This document shows, piece after piece, positions 23,901 through 38,000 of a DNA stretch of 64,000 nucleotides. The position numbers were made by a program, and so were the translations under genes. Within the stretch, counting starts at the first letter, position 1. Every line of letters begins with the position of its first letter. The DNA lies in assembly GCA_903813345.2 (NCBI GenBank), contig CAIIXF020000001.1, forward strand, positions 38,874,001-38,938,000, written 5' to 3'. The notes below the pieces were generated by a model that saw only the letters and a list, made by a program, of their open reading frames with translations, searched no databases and was not told where the DNA came from. This stretch comes from Owenia fusiformis (taxonomy: Eukaryota).

Positions 23901-26068
23901 AGCTGGTTTGTCAGTTTTTGCTGCATTGCGTAGAGTGGTGGCAAGATCAGCATTGCTACGTGCTAGTAGCCTCATCACCTCAGGAGGCAGGGAGGTCACA
24001 CTTCCATCTCGTGTATCATTTGACGTAGACGTAGGTATAACCTTTGTGGCACAAATTCTATCTTGAGAGTTCTCTTCGTCAGGACTCTGTGGAGTATCAG
24101 GTATATCTGTTTTAACAGATGACTGAGGTTTATTTAAACCTCCAAAGAGTTTCTGTATGGCACCAGGTAAAGTGATATTAGCACCTTTGTTTGAGGATGC
24201 TTGACTTGTTGGGAAACCTGTAGAAGAACCGAGTGGGGGTGTTGCTGGACTTGTTGGGTCTGAATCAATAGTAAGCATACCATCATCATCATCATCGGTC
24301 TTAATAGATTCACGTCTCAATGGCAACCATGGTTCTACTTTCGGGCTTTGTTTTTCCTTAGCTTTTTTCAATGCATTTGCTTTTTCTAACTTTTCTTTCA
24401 TTTCTTTTTTCTGTGCTGCATCAGATATAAATGTTCCCATATCCTCTGGTACATACAAGCTTATGTCATCCTCTCCTCTGGCTTTTAGGGTTGATCTTTC
24501 GTGTTGAGAACTTGGTTTTGGAAGAGATGTTTGTGGCTGACTCTCACTGACAGATGGAGTTGGCTTATAGTTTGGTTTATAACCATAGTCAGCCTCTGGA
24601 TCATATTGTTCATGAGGTTCATATGCCTCAACCTTCTCCTGACTTGCTGCATACAATTGTTTACTCGGTTTGTATTTTTTAGATACAGGTTTAGTGGGTG
24701 AATACTGCTCAAATGTTGGTTTATTGCTTGAGGTTACTTGGCTCTGCACTTGTTCTGATTTAGGGGTTGGTTTATAATCATTTGAATCAGTGTAAGAACC
24801 ACCCGCTGTTGGATCATACTCATCACCATTGTTTTTAGAGCCAGGTTTATAAGATGACGTCGTATCTGAGGTTCCAAATGGGGTATACATATCCTTAGGT
24901 TTAGCACCAGAACCAGGTTTATAAGTATCCTTTATAATGGATGGGTCACTTGTAGTTGGGGCATACTCCTCATTAGCTCCATGGCCAGGTTTATACAGGC
25001 TTGTTGCAGCATTATTGCTATCTGGGACATACTCCTCTTGCTTTGATCCAGTGCCTGGTTTATATACTGATGCAGAGTTACCACCGGTGGAGGGACTATA
25101 CTCCTGGATGGCTACAGAGCCAGGCTTGTACACCACACTACTGTTGGCTTCATTGCCAGAATCTGGGTTATATTCCTCTATAGGATCTTCCACATCATAA
25201 GGCAGTTTAGCACTGGTACTAATCTCAGTAGGTTTATATTCACTATCTGAATCATCAACATTAAATGGATCATATTCTTCATCCTTGTTTGAAGTTTTAG
25301 TTTTTTTGGTAGGGGAAAATGGTTCCGAGGTTGTAGATACAGTGTCACTCTGGGTTGCCCCGGTGTATGTGGGTTTATTGGGAACATAGGGGGTCGATTT
25401 GGTGGCAACGGGGTTCATCTTTGGTAGTTGTTGAGGGGGCAGAGAGGCCAGGGTCATTGGTTGATGCATAGGAGGTACTGGGGGCCCATTAGGCAATGGT
25501 GGCCTGGGACCCATGCTTGGATGCCAGTTAGGGTGTCCTCTTGGGAACCAGGGTCTAGGGGGTCCCATGCCATGTCTAGGGGGTATCATACCTGGTGGTG
25601 GTCCTTGCATGCCTGTAGGTCCTCTCATACCATACACTGGTGTTGGTGGTAATGGTGGGAACACTCCAAATTGGGGAGGAGGTACCCTGGGCATAGGGGG
25701 TGGTCCTTGAGCGGTAAGTATAGCTGGTGGCGGTAAGGGTGGGGGCAAAGGTTTACCTTCCTCAGGCTTTGATACAGTCACCTTAACTCCCTCTTTTGCC
25801 TTAGATTCACTGGTTTTATCTTTTTTAGTCTTAATATATGATTTATGCTGTTCAACCTCCTTATCAATTTCTATCATTTGCTTTTTAGTCTGTAAGTGTT
25901 TTTTCTGTTCCTCTACACTGTTGGTGAGTTCCAGAAGCAGCTGTTGCTGACTCTTTACATCCCCAGAGGCAGCTAGGGTGGCTAACAATGCAGCTGTCAT
26001 CTCTGCAGGGTTGTTGCTCTTTGCGATTTCCTCAATGATCTGTCCAATGTTAGTCTTACTCATACCAC
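20925..26068 (-). CDS. DIDO1: Terminal 5.1-kb coding exon of the DIDO/PPS-like gene (coiled coil, Pro-rich, Y-x-P, basic/acidic, RS/RD and HGGP repeats)
   Basis: 1719-aa open frame; acceptor ttccag|GTGG at 26068 is in phase 1 with exon 26662-26561. Confidence 0.9.
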
Positions 26069-29000
26069 CTGGAAAGGAATTCACATCTTAAAACTTTTGT
26101 TATTTGGGTGACCAGTCATGCATAATACAGTGATGCACATGGCATTAACATGCAATATGTCACCACCTGCCATGTGTTACAGATGCCAAAAGTCAAACAC
26201 TAACTGCCAACCACTGTCCACAAAAAAGGTTGGAGACTATAACAATATGTCACCACTTGTAGTGGTCACCTATCATTTGTTACTGACACCAACTACCAAA
26301 AACAAACTGACAAACATCTTCCACATAAAGTTTGGAGACTTTAACAATATATCACCACTTGTGGCAGTGACATAAAAGCTAAGATGTTTATTACAAATAT
26401 AGATAAGTAATAGAGGCAAGAAATGTAGTGTAACCATCTATATAATTATTACAGGGAACGAGTAATTCACATATCAACATCTCTCATATAGAGATTCGCT
26501 CCCTCCATTTGGGACTCACTTCCCAGAGTGATATATAAATCATCCCAACCCTCTTTATACCTGGCTTATCTTTGGGAGCTTCAGTAGGCTTAACAGTTGC
26601 TTTTTCTTTGGCTTTTATTTTGGGCTTTGGCTGTACCGCTGTAGGAGAGTATGGGCTTGCTCCTGAAACATAGCAAGTAATCTTTGATAACTAATATACA
26701 TAATCAATATTCACATCAAGATATATCTTAAGTTTAAATCTTATAAAAAACATGTCTTAATAATTCTCAACTTCATGTATACTGTATTACATACAGTATC
26801 CAGTTACTTATGTGCTGGAGAAATGCCTGATGATATAACAATGCATTTGTTGCAAAGGCTACATAAAAAGTACTTTGGGTAGTTAACTTTGTCAGTGTAT
26901 TGACAAAGAGTAATGTACTGTTAATTAAATGCCAATAAACTGTTAAAAATAAATGCTGTTTCATATAATGAATTTATAAATATAGCTTACCACCAGTTGC
27001 ATCATCTTCATGGTAAGCATCCACTATGGGGTCCCCAGCTTTACCATCCTGAACAAACCCTTTTTTACTGGGGTTGTAGAATACATCACTGAAACAAATG
27101 CCACACCATTCAATGACTGAAAGGTCATTCTATAATGTTAATGAGGTCCAAATAGGACCACTTGTACAAGATAAGTAATTTCTTACAAATATATTTAACA
27201 AAACTTCAGCACTTTATTTTCAACATTGTATGTTCATATACATAATGATAAAAACACCTGAATTATCGTCTGAATTATTTTGATTGAAGAAAGCCTGACT
27301 TACGATGCAGGTCTTGCAGTGATCTCTTCATCAGAACTCTCCTGGGACTTCACACTGGTTGCTTTCTCTTCTTCTACAGAAGAACTCTTCGAGACACTTG
27401 ACTCTCGACTCCTATCACGATCATGTTTATGTTTCTTCCTCTTGTGCTCTCTGTGGCGCTTGTGTTTGTGAATGCGACTGTGTTCTTCGCTGTTGCTCTC
27501 GGGAATGTGTAGAGCTGGAGTTGGGGGGTGCATCTTGGCCCTGATTACCATTGCAAGTAGCATGTGAGGACGGTTATCTTCGAGACCTAAAATTAATTTA
27601 AAATTAAACTAGAAAAAAATAGAAACTCCCCTGAGTAGCAAACCCCACAGAACAAAACTTATTCTATTAAATCACTTTTCATTTTGATCATAAAAAGTAG
27701 GCATTAGTTATATAAGATTTGAACCCAATTTGTCTAGCAGTATTTGAGATATCGCCTGGACAGACAGACAAACAAACAGAGAAACAAACAAACAGATGTC
27801 TTCTTTTTACCTTTCCTGAATTTTGTTTGGTGGAATAAAAAACATATAGTAATAAACATGCTCTTAACATGAAGGATATCATTTTTTCATTTTTTTCTCT
27901 AGTTTGTGTACAACTAATGGTATTTGTACATGTAAATATGTAATACCAAATAATTAAGAGTTGCTTACCTGGACCATCAAATGGCAACATCATTGGAGGG
28001 ATTTTACTATGAGAAGCTAAAGGAACAATGTAAATGTCTTTGATAGCCCTGGCACTATTACGTATGACACCACATCTATTGCGGGAGTTCAAATAAGAGT
28101 AGAGTCCTACATATGCACTCTTGTCTTCATTTGTTGATGTTTGGAACCTTATTATACAGACATCCTGCAAATGAATGCAACATAAAGCAAATAAACCTAC
28201 ATGTAACAGTGAATAACAGTCCATAAAATAGCCTACATTAAATCATATAATACTGTTCGTTGCTTTTAAGCAGATGATACTTGTGATGGTAAGAGCATAT
28301 AAAGGAAGATAACTTACATAGGTACCAAGCGATTTGATTTTTGTAATGTAGTCCCATATTTGTTCAGGGTTGATTCTCCCACACATTAACATGGTGTCTG
28401 GCAGCTCCTATGGTAACACAAATACCATTAACATCACATTGCAACATATATCATGTAATTCTTAAACAGTATCATCTATGTTAAACTTTAACATGTAAGA
28501 AACAAATATATATATTTATTGGCAGATTTTGCAAAAGATACACATCAATCAATTGTCAATAATAGTTGGTAAAATCTTAATCTAAGTTCATGATGAAAAT
28601 ATCAAACTTACATTTTCGAGAAAGTCAGTTGGCCCCGACACTTTATATGCCTGGGTTAAAAATTTGGCAACATCTGGCATGAATATAAAGCCCTTCCACA
28701 CAGATTGAGTGGGAGGGAATGGCACCTTGGATGGGACATCTAACCCTGACTGGAGGGCAGAATCTGGAGACCTGCAATATCAAAAATTCACTTTTTTCAA
28801 ACCCTGTGAGGAGGATGTTCTCAGTTGAGGATCATTCGTGTTTTAGTTCATGAAATGAGTTTCTCTCCACATGATGCAATCTAAACTATTACTAGTTAGA
28901 CAAGGACATTCAAAGCAAAAATATGACTTATTGAAAACAAGACAGTGAGATAGTTATAGACAAGGCATTAACATGACAAAATGTCACCACCTTGTAAGTT

Positions 29001-32000
29001 GTTGCAAATGTGTGGTGGCAGTGTGGTGATGACATAAAAATGTAATCTTAACTTTATCAGGGACATGTTTCTACACAGGATCAAATCAATATTACCAAAA
29101 TGTTTATGAGTAACACTCAAGATATTTATTCTATAATTCACAAAATTTCAAGCAAGGACTGACCTCATAACGGTATGTGGAGAATCTGCTGTCTTTTGAC
29201 TAGCTGGTGAATCAGACTTAACTGAATCTGTATTCTTCTTTGATCCATATGTTGGTTTTTCAGTATCACTTCCATCATCCTCAGGAATATCAGGCTCATA
29301 TGGTTCAAATATAGCCACAGGGTCATCAGGTAAACTGTCTGATTCAGTATCACTAAATTTAGCCTGTGGGGAAGTTTTTGTAGTAGTGAGACGAGGTTTC
29401 ACTTCACACTCTTCTTGGATCCCTAGGGGATCTTTGGCCCTGTCCCTTATAGGGGCATTGTTTGCACTTGGTTTCATAAGGCTTGGTCTGTCCCTATCTG
29501 TGCTAGACTGACTACTTGAATGTTGATGCTTACTTGAGCTTGAATGTTTACTTGAATTTGAATGTTTACTTGAACTTGTAGGCTTTTTATCGTCCTTGGG
29601 GTCTGGTATTTTTCCAGTGCATATTTTACAGTTGAGGTCAAATAAGTGAGCCTTGTGTTGCTGGGTCGTATCTAGAATGATTGAGCCTAGCAGATCAGCA
29701 GCTGGCACAATCTTAGCTCTTGGGTCAACTTCTTTGCTTTTATCTGAACTCTGCAACAAATATATGAAAAGTACAATGTAGTGCTGCTAGATACTGGTTG
29801 GTGAAGCATATGAATGGTGTGCTACTGTTTAACTCTTCAAAACATCAAAAGTACAAGTAAATGCATGTAAGATTGAGTCAATCAGTAACAAATCCTTCAC
29901 ATGTATAACATGGCTATTGTTACTATGCTGCAGAAACATATGGTGACTATTATGCAGAAAATAACTTTCTGATTTTTTAAATTATATTTGGTAACTTTAC
30001 TTCATCAACTGGACTGATCATATTGCAGTTTTTCAGAATCGTAAATTCAAATAATTTCAAATATATTGCTTCATCATGTATCAAAATAAATTCTTCTACA
30101 TATTTCAAATTGTGCAGACATCATATAGACCCCAGGCCCGCAGCCAGAATTTTCCAAGGGGGGTTCACTTTTCCAAAAAATTCTAGGGGGGTTCACTTTG
30201 GCAAATTTGGCCAAAAATCTCTCAAAAAATAGTCAGAATGGTGAAAAACTGCATGATTTTGAAAGAAATTTTGGCCAGGGGGGGAGTTTGCCTGAACCCC
30301 CCATGGCTACGGGCCTGGACCCAGTGAGAATATGAACTAACACTGAATATAGTCAACTCCCAGTAAATATTGTATGTGGAATAACTGTAATGAGTAAAGG
30401 TCACACAGTAAGGAAGAAAAATGGTCCTCACCTCTTTTGATTTATTCTCAATGCTCTCTCTAGGCTTCTTGCCAATCTGATGCTTTGAGTGTTTGGAACT
30501 TCTAGACTGCAATACAATATTTAATCACTTTTTATAACATTTCCTCTCAATAGAATCAATATTTATGCACATAAGTATGACGTTGTAATGCATGAATCTT
30601 ATGTTCTCTAAATCAATGTTATGATGATGTAGACATTGATACAATTTATTGTCTTCCTCTTTAAAGAAACCACATGGAAGACATCTTCTGAAAGTCATAT
30701 AATGTGATGTTTGCACCTCAAACCTATTACATCATCTCTGATCAAAAAGAGAGACTATTAATGAAGCACATCAGTAGTCTCTAACTGTTTTAAACTTCCT
30801 AACTTGTACATATGAAAACTTACTGAATCAGATCTATGTGATGGTTTTCCATGTCTCAGATCATCAGCAGACATCCTTACAAGATTATAAGGGGTTATTC
30901 TTCCATAAAGCACCTCCTTGTACAACACCTGGAAAACATTTGAGTCATAACTTTTATTCAAGTGGAATTGAATTCACGTTCATCATAAATGCACATTTCA
31001 TTTATAGGAAATAAGTCACAACTAGCTGTTACAGAGAACTGGCTAAAACAAATTGTATAATTTGCATAACATGTCCTTTACATTTTGTTATATATTATAC
31101 ATGTACTTAGATATACAATACAGAAATATGCATCAACTTCATAAGAATATAATATACATTACATGTATTTGTAATCATTATAATAGGAAATAAAAAAATA
31201 AAAATAAAACTTCATAAGAAATTAGAGTCTTACCCTGTTCTGACTGTCTTTCAGATTGACTACTATTCTCCTAGATTTCTCCTTATATCTCTGATTGGCC
31301 TCAGTGTAATGTTTGAAAAGTTCTTCCTCAATTGTGAGTGCTAACTTCTTGGCCTCTGTTGATGATGTCATAACATCATCTGATGCGTCAGCCCTGAAGT
31401 TGAATAAATTAACTGAATAAACATTGTATTTCATGAAACTAGACATATAAAAAATATATAGACTTAAAAATGTAAGATCATTTTTAACTCTCAGCATAAA
31501 CACAAAGCAGCAAATATTAAACCAAAATTTCAAGTTCACCAATGTCTAAAGAATATGCACAAATATTTGAAAAGGGAAATTAGACAAGTGCAATGTTCAT
31601 TAGCATTGGACAGACAATTCAGTGTTACCTATAACAGTATTACTTTGACATAACAGAAATCAATTAGAAACATAGATGGCTATTTGTATCTGCTCCTGGC
31701 ACTTTGAGCGCACTGGATGGTGTCAGAATAAGAAATGCATATCACAGTCGAAATGTTGACACATGCGCAGACCTCTATTTAGTGATATTTTCATTTCAAA
31801 TATGGCGGCCAATCCGATGTCTGACGACCCTTACAAAGAATCTAGGCAGTGTGCAATTTTACCTCCTGTGAAATAACAAGTGGAATTTAGTAGTTGTTTT
31901 GTGTTTTATTATCATTCTGCATCGTAATTCTATGTGATGTGGTGTTGAAATGTCAGCAGAAATACATATCCATACGATAATCGAGTGAATCAGATAACAG

Positions 32001-35000
32001 ATTTTTCGAAAACACGTCTCGTGCTAAGCGTGTAAAAACTTGTATTAACATGCTCAAAAGTGCCAATGTGCACATCAATGTCAAGCTAAATCAATGTTGT
32101 GTCTAAAACAGGTACCTGATCTACTCAAAACAGCTTGTCATTCACGTATACACGCTTAGCAAACACGGCGAAATGATCTGAATCTTGGAATTTCGTTTGA
32201 GAGCTAGTAATGTTTGCTCCGGTCTTCGTCATAAGTGTTCATCAGACTTCACGCATGCTCAGGAGAAAAACCATCAACCAATCACGTTTATAAATCAATT
32301 TTGCGCATGCGCCTTACAACGGTAAAGAAATTTGTATTTATAAACGAACCAATTTGAGATAACCCGATATCAGTCGGAGAAATCTGACGATCTACGAAAC
32401 TCACTTCAAAAAATCAAATGCGGACTGACGGCGTATTCTACTATGTTTGGATCTAAGATTTTCAGCATAGATAAAGTCTTTTATGATCTTTCGAATGAGG
32501 TAAGTCTCTAGTTCGAAAGACAATCGTATCAACTTGAACAAAAGTTGAGTTTTGACGAAAAATTTTAACATGCGCAGAAGTCCCATTTTCGTTGTACCAT
32601 ATTGACTGATCAAATATGTACAAGAAATAATGTTACCTTTTAATAAGGGCATCACGTAGACTTCTGCGCACATTCAGTCTAACTGTAAATGAGTCATGGC
32701 CGATGTCTCCTGTAGAAGTGTGAGAGCTGGAACTGGTTGGTTCCTGTTTAGGTTGAGCTTCCTTCTTACTGCTCTCTACAGGCCTCTTCTCCTTGTTCAA
32801 GTACTTGCTGGGGATATTCACTTCTTTCCTTTCCTTTGATAAGTCTTTCTCTGAGGAAATAAGTGCCAATTGAAATATTAAGTGACATTTCGAAAAATCA
32901 GATTGCTCAATGTTTACCATGTTTGAAACTTATAAAAGTCCTGTCACGATCCCATCTAAAATAAGTTTCACTCTACACAATAACTTTTATAACTTGGAAA
33001 GTTTCATTCAATATTGGTATCAAACAGCAAGCTAATCATTCCAATTAATTCTCAATATATACAAGATTCTTAAAACGTTTACAAAATGTTACCACCGATA
33101 ATGCGACTTAATGATATGGCACTAACTTGATCCATATGAAGAGCTTGAGACATGCCCCACTTGTTGACCTGGCCTCAGCACCTCAAATGTTGAATGCCTC
33201 GTCAACCAAGCCTGAAGGTTATGGCTTGTAGGTGCATTAGGGCCTGTTAGTAGTTTACCAGTCTTGCGTTCCAATACTATGATACGCTCAACCATTTCTG
33301 GACCTGACTTTGCCTGCAAAATTTGAAGAGAATGAAATTACATGTACACAGCTATACTCATGGCCATGGGTAGCCATAAGTTACACTTTAAGGAGTTTAA
33401 GCTAAACCTTTTAAGATAATCTGAAATAGTAAACACCAAGAAAGGGAGGACTAATCCCTAGAAGACCAAAATTCTACACATTCTCTTAAAATGTCTCACA
33501 AAAAATGAATCTTAACAGGTACAACCTGCCTTTTATAACCACGCTGCTACCTAAACTGATCATGATGTGATAAAACTACTGATCGTGATAAACTACTGAT
33601 CATGATGTGATAAACTACTGATCATGATGTGATAAACTACTGATCATGATGTGATAAACTACTGATCATGATGTGATAAACTACTGATCATGATGTGATA
33701 AAATACGATGTTTTAGTATGAATTGTGATATATCATGTTATCAGGTAACTGGTTACATATTGATTTAGAATTTAACACTAACTAGCCTAAACATATTTCT
33801 CAGGGACTAAACATACCTCAGCTTTCCACTTTCCCATGGCTCTATTGTCTTTCTCTTTGGCTATAAGTGAGAGGGACTCTTTGGCATGTTTGGCAATACA
33901 TTCATCACTGCAGTAGACAGACTTCTCCCTTGCCCACTTCTTACACCCTGTGCTAATACAGTGCAGCCTATCTGGCCCTTCAACTTTCTTTGGAGAGCTC
34001 TATAAAGCAACACCTTTCTTGAGTAATTTATCTTAACCAAGAAATGCATTATTGGCCATTAATACTCTTGCAACAATATAGGTTGGCCTATTTTGAAAAA
34101 ATATATCAAAATGATTAAACAATCATAACAGTAAACGTAGATGCTTTTCTACCTTTAAGCTACTGCAGTAACAAGCATTATTTATCATGGCATTGTCAGG
34201 AAATAATTTTCTATTGCATCTACTAACTATCTGCTTAATAGCAGTTTAAGAGCCATAATTTTAAAAGAACTTATCTATTTTTCAGAATTTATTATCTACC
34301 TTGAAGACTTTGAATCTTTTCTTCTTCTTTTCCCCTTTATCTTTAATCTCAGTGCGAGTACGTATCTCACCCAGCTGTTTGCTACCATCAGAGCCATCTA
34401 GTGATGACGTCTGCTTTGAACTCGAGCTGCTACTGGATGCAACTCCATCTTGCTGTTTTAATTTCTGCTCTTTCATCTCCCTCAACTAAAATTAACAAGA
34501 AATCAGTTTTGAAAGCAAGATCACACTAAATATGCAAAATATACTGTGTTAATACTGTGTAGATTCAGGGTAATAAGTGAAATAATGACACATTTATTAA
34601 ATTATGTTAGTATTTTCATGTTAATTATGAGACACGTGAATATGTGTGAAAGCAGAAAAAAACAAATATATGCAAGCTTGTAGAGACACATGAATTTATG
34701 AGAGTAAGCAGACATACATAAGTGTATGGGAGTGAGCAGGGACACATCCATGTGTGCATTAGCGGGGAGACATGAATGTCTGTTAGTTAGCAGAGAGACA
34801 TGCTCATACGAGGGGTGATCAATAAGTAATGGACGCTTTTTTACACAGATACTTTTTATAGACCAATCCCTTTGATTTTCCTACCAGTGATACATCATTC
34901 AATTATCTATCAATTCTGAAGATTTGAAGACAAGATATACAATACATGTTGATATATCCTTATTTCCGTGAAGGAGGTACAGGTACCCCGGGACCGACAT

Positions 35001-38000
35001 TTACGTCACATATTCAGATTTTAGCCAGTTTGGTAAATTTCAGTTAGATTTGAACATTTTATATGCAACAAGTGTTGTGTTGTTTAATTTTTTGCTGACT
35101 GGTAACACAAACAGAAAATATTGTAATGTCAGAGTGTTGTATGGAAGGGGTTTGCAGGTCAATTCGAGAAAGCATTGAGTGGAAGAAAGGGGTGGTGAGA
35201 GAAGGGAACACCCTACTCCATATGGACAATGCACCTGCCCACAGATCTCAAAATGTTCAGAAAACAATATCCCTGGACCTCAAAATTGAGCCCTTGGCCA
35301 ATGCCCCATATTGTCCAGATCTGCTCACATGTGACTTGTTTATTTCTATACTACTTATTTCTATAGAGAAAGGACGCAGGTTTATTGACATTGATGAAAT
35401 AAAACAACCCGTGCAACTGCATCTTGCTACCATGTCAGAGTATGGATTCAGCCTTGTGTCACAATCTTGAGTGAAGAGGATGAGGAATTGTGTACATGTA
35501 GCACTTGATGGAAACTATTTAGAGGGCCCTGTGGAATGAATGTGGCATGAATACCACATAGTGATGATAAAATATTCAAAATTATTATATAATTACTATG
35601 GCATAACAATATGGGGTAATTCATGACCATAATGGTTTGTTTTATTCAGCCTGCATTCAACTGCATAGTATGTTAAACAATCTAAAATAGCTTCAGAATA
35701 TGTGACGTAAATGTCGGTCCCGGGGTACCTGTACCTGCTTCACGGAAATAAAGATATATCAACATGTAATATATATATTGTCTTCAAATCTTCAGAGTTG
35801 ATAGATAATTGAATGATGTATCACTAGTAAGAAAATCGAAGGGATTGGTCTATAAAAAGCATCTGTGTAAAAAAGCGTCCATTACTTATTGATCACCCCT
35901 CGTATGTCCATAAGAGGATGAATACATAAATGTATGTGTCTTTAGCAGAGACACATGAATATACGTGCATTAAGAACAGACATATGCACATGAGTGAGTT
36001 AGCACAGACGCATATGTTTTGTTAGCAGAGATACATGATATATTAGTTAGAGATATGCACATATCCTAACACTGTTAACAACAATCTACATTTAATAATT
36101 TAATGCCTTCATATGTTTAATTTATTTCTAGCTCCAATGAAGGACATGCATCTAAATATAACCAAGTCATGACACAACACAAATTACAAATTACAATGAT
36201 TCTAAAAACATATCATAAAAGCAAATAAAAAGATTGCAACAACAGATTTATACCCAGCTGTAAGGAAATACATTTCGTTTATAATATAAGCTGAGATCGA
36301 ACAACAAAAGCATATACAATATAGCACGTACTGTTTCTACCACAAAACTTTACCTTTTCGTTAGATTCAATTTTTCCCTCACTCTAAAATAGTAGTTCAA
36401 AGAGAAAAAGTTAGTTCTCACTTGAAAAATCAATCAAATTCACAAATGCCATTTTTTGATGATTTCAAAATGATTAAACAATCAAAATAGTAAACATAAA
36501 TGCTTTTTCTACCTTTTCAGCAAAATTTTTCAAATCCATTTTATCAGTTTTCTTCACACTTGTGTCCAACCCTTCAGTCTTTCTTTCTTTCGTTTCTTTG
36601 TCTGGAGCAAATGAAGTATGTACAATACATTAATACATGGAAAACAGCTTTTAGGACAATATTATCTTTGTGATCTACATTTTTGATAATATTATGGGTT
36701 GTGGAGATATATGGGGTTCATATGATTGACAGCTATATCAATATCTATGCATATTAATTGAAATTAAATCAATTCAAATAATAATTTTGAATTTCCGATT
36801 CATTGGTTGGGTGAATTATTTGTTATTGGAAATCACATGCCAAGGACTTATGTACCCTTAACACAGGATTTCATTCTGTGCTTTCAATATCATTACATAA
36901 ATATATTGTATACATGCTCTTCTCTACTTCTGCCTGATGAACAGAAAATAAGAAATACAAATTCCCAAAACTCTAACCAGGAAATGAAATCCACAAGTAA
37001 TCAAATGCGTTTTAAATCTTTTACTGTTTCTTTTTATTATTTTGTGTTACTTGAATTTACATTAATTTGTATTCCTGAGGCATGAAATTATATTATATCA
37101 TGTTATATATTATTACCTGTACAAACTGGACAGACATATTCCTCATTAGCTTTCTCCATTTCCTTGCCACGTTGCTTGGTAACCCCAACACAATCACCAT
37201 GGAACCAATCTTCACACTTATCACAGCAAATCATAAACCTGTAGTAATGAATTGATTAATTAATGACCTTATTTATATTAGCCCCTCTTGTCAAAATCAT
37301 TGACATCACTGTGTCAACCATTCTTTAACAAAGAAATTAATTATTGTGTTTTTTAGACTGACCTATTATCATGTGTTTTATGACATATGCACCAAAGTTT
37401 ATCAGGGTCATCTTCTTCCTCCCAATCACTATCATCATCATCTTGATCATCATCTTCAGACTCATCTGATGACTTTTCCTCTTCTTCCTCTTCATCTTTC
37501 TTTGCAACTTCATCTTCTTCAGGGTCATAAAGATCTAGTAAAAAATAATTTCAGCATATATGGCTTGTTTTATATTCTACCATCTTGGTGTTTAACTTGT
37601 ATTAAATTTCTCAAAAATTACATTTCATCAATTTTTTTTATTAAAATTTGTGGAAAGTCTAACATTCTGAAAAACTACTTCTTGAGCAGAGGTCCTTAAT
37701 TTCTAAGGCATAATGTGAAGCAAACTCATCTAGAAGACAATGAATCTTGCATTCAATTTGAAGTTATCTGATTTCCAAGCACAAAACTGACAACCAATCT
37801 ACCATGCATGAACAAACCTTTATTCTTGTCTTTCAGTTTTTCTTTGGTAGCTTTGTCAGGTTTGCTTTCTTCAGCTGTGATATCATCTTCCAGATCACTG
37901 TCTTCCATCTGACCCTTGGACCACTTCTCAATCCTCCTGAGTGCTTTGCGAGTTTTTGCCCTGCGGGACCTACCACCTAAAATCAATGAACAAAGCTTGA

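Noticed and set aside
20922..25710. Many short antisense or alternate-frame ORFs over the big exon (e.g. MLMGPS and MEGPIN repeats)
   Set aside because: These are shadows of the repetitive coding frame.
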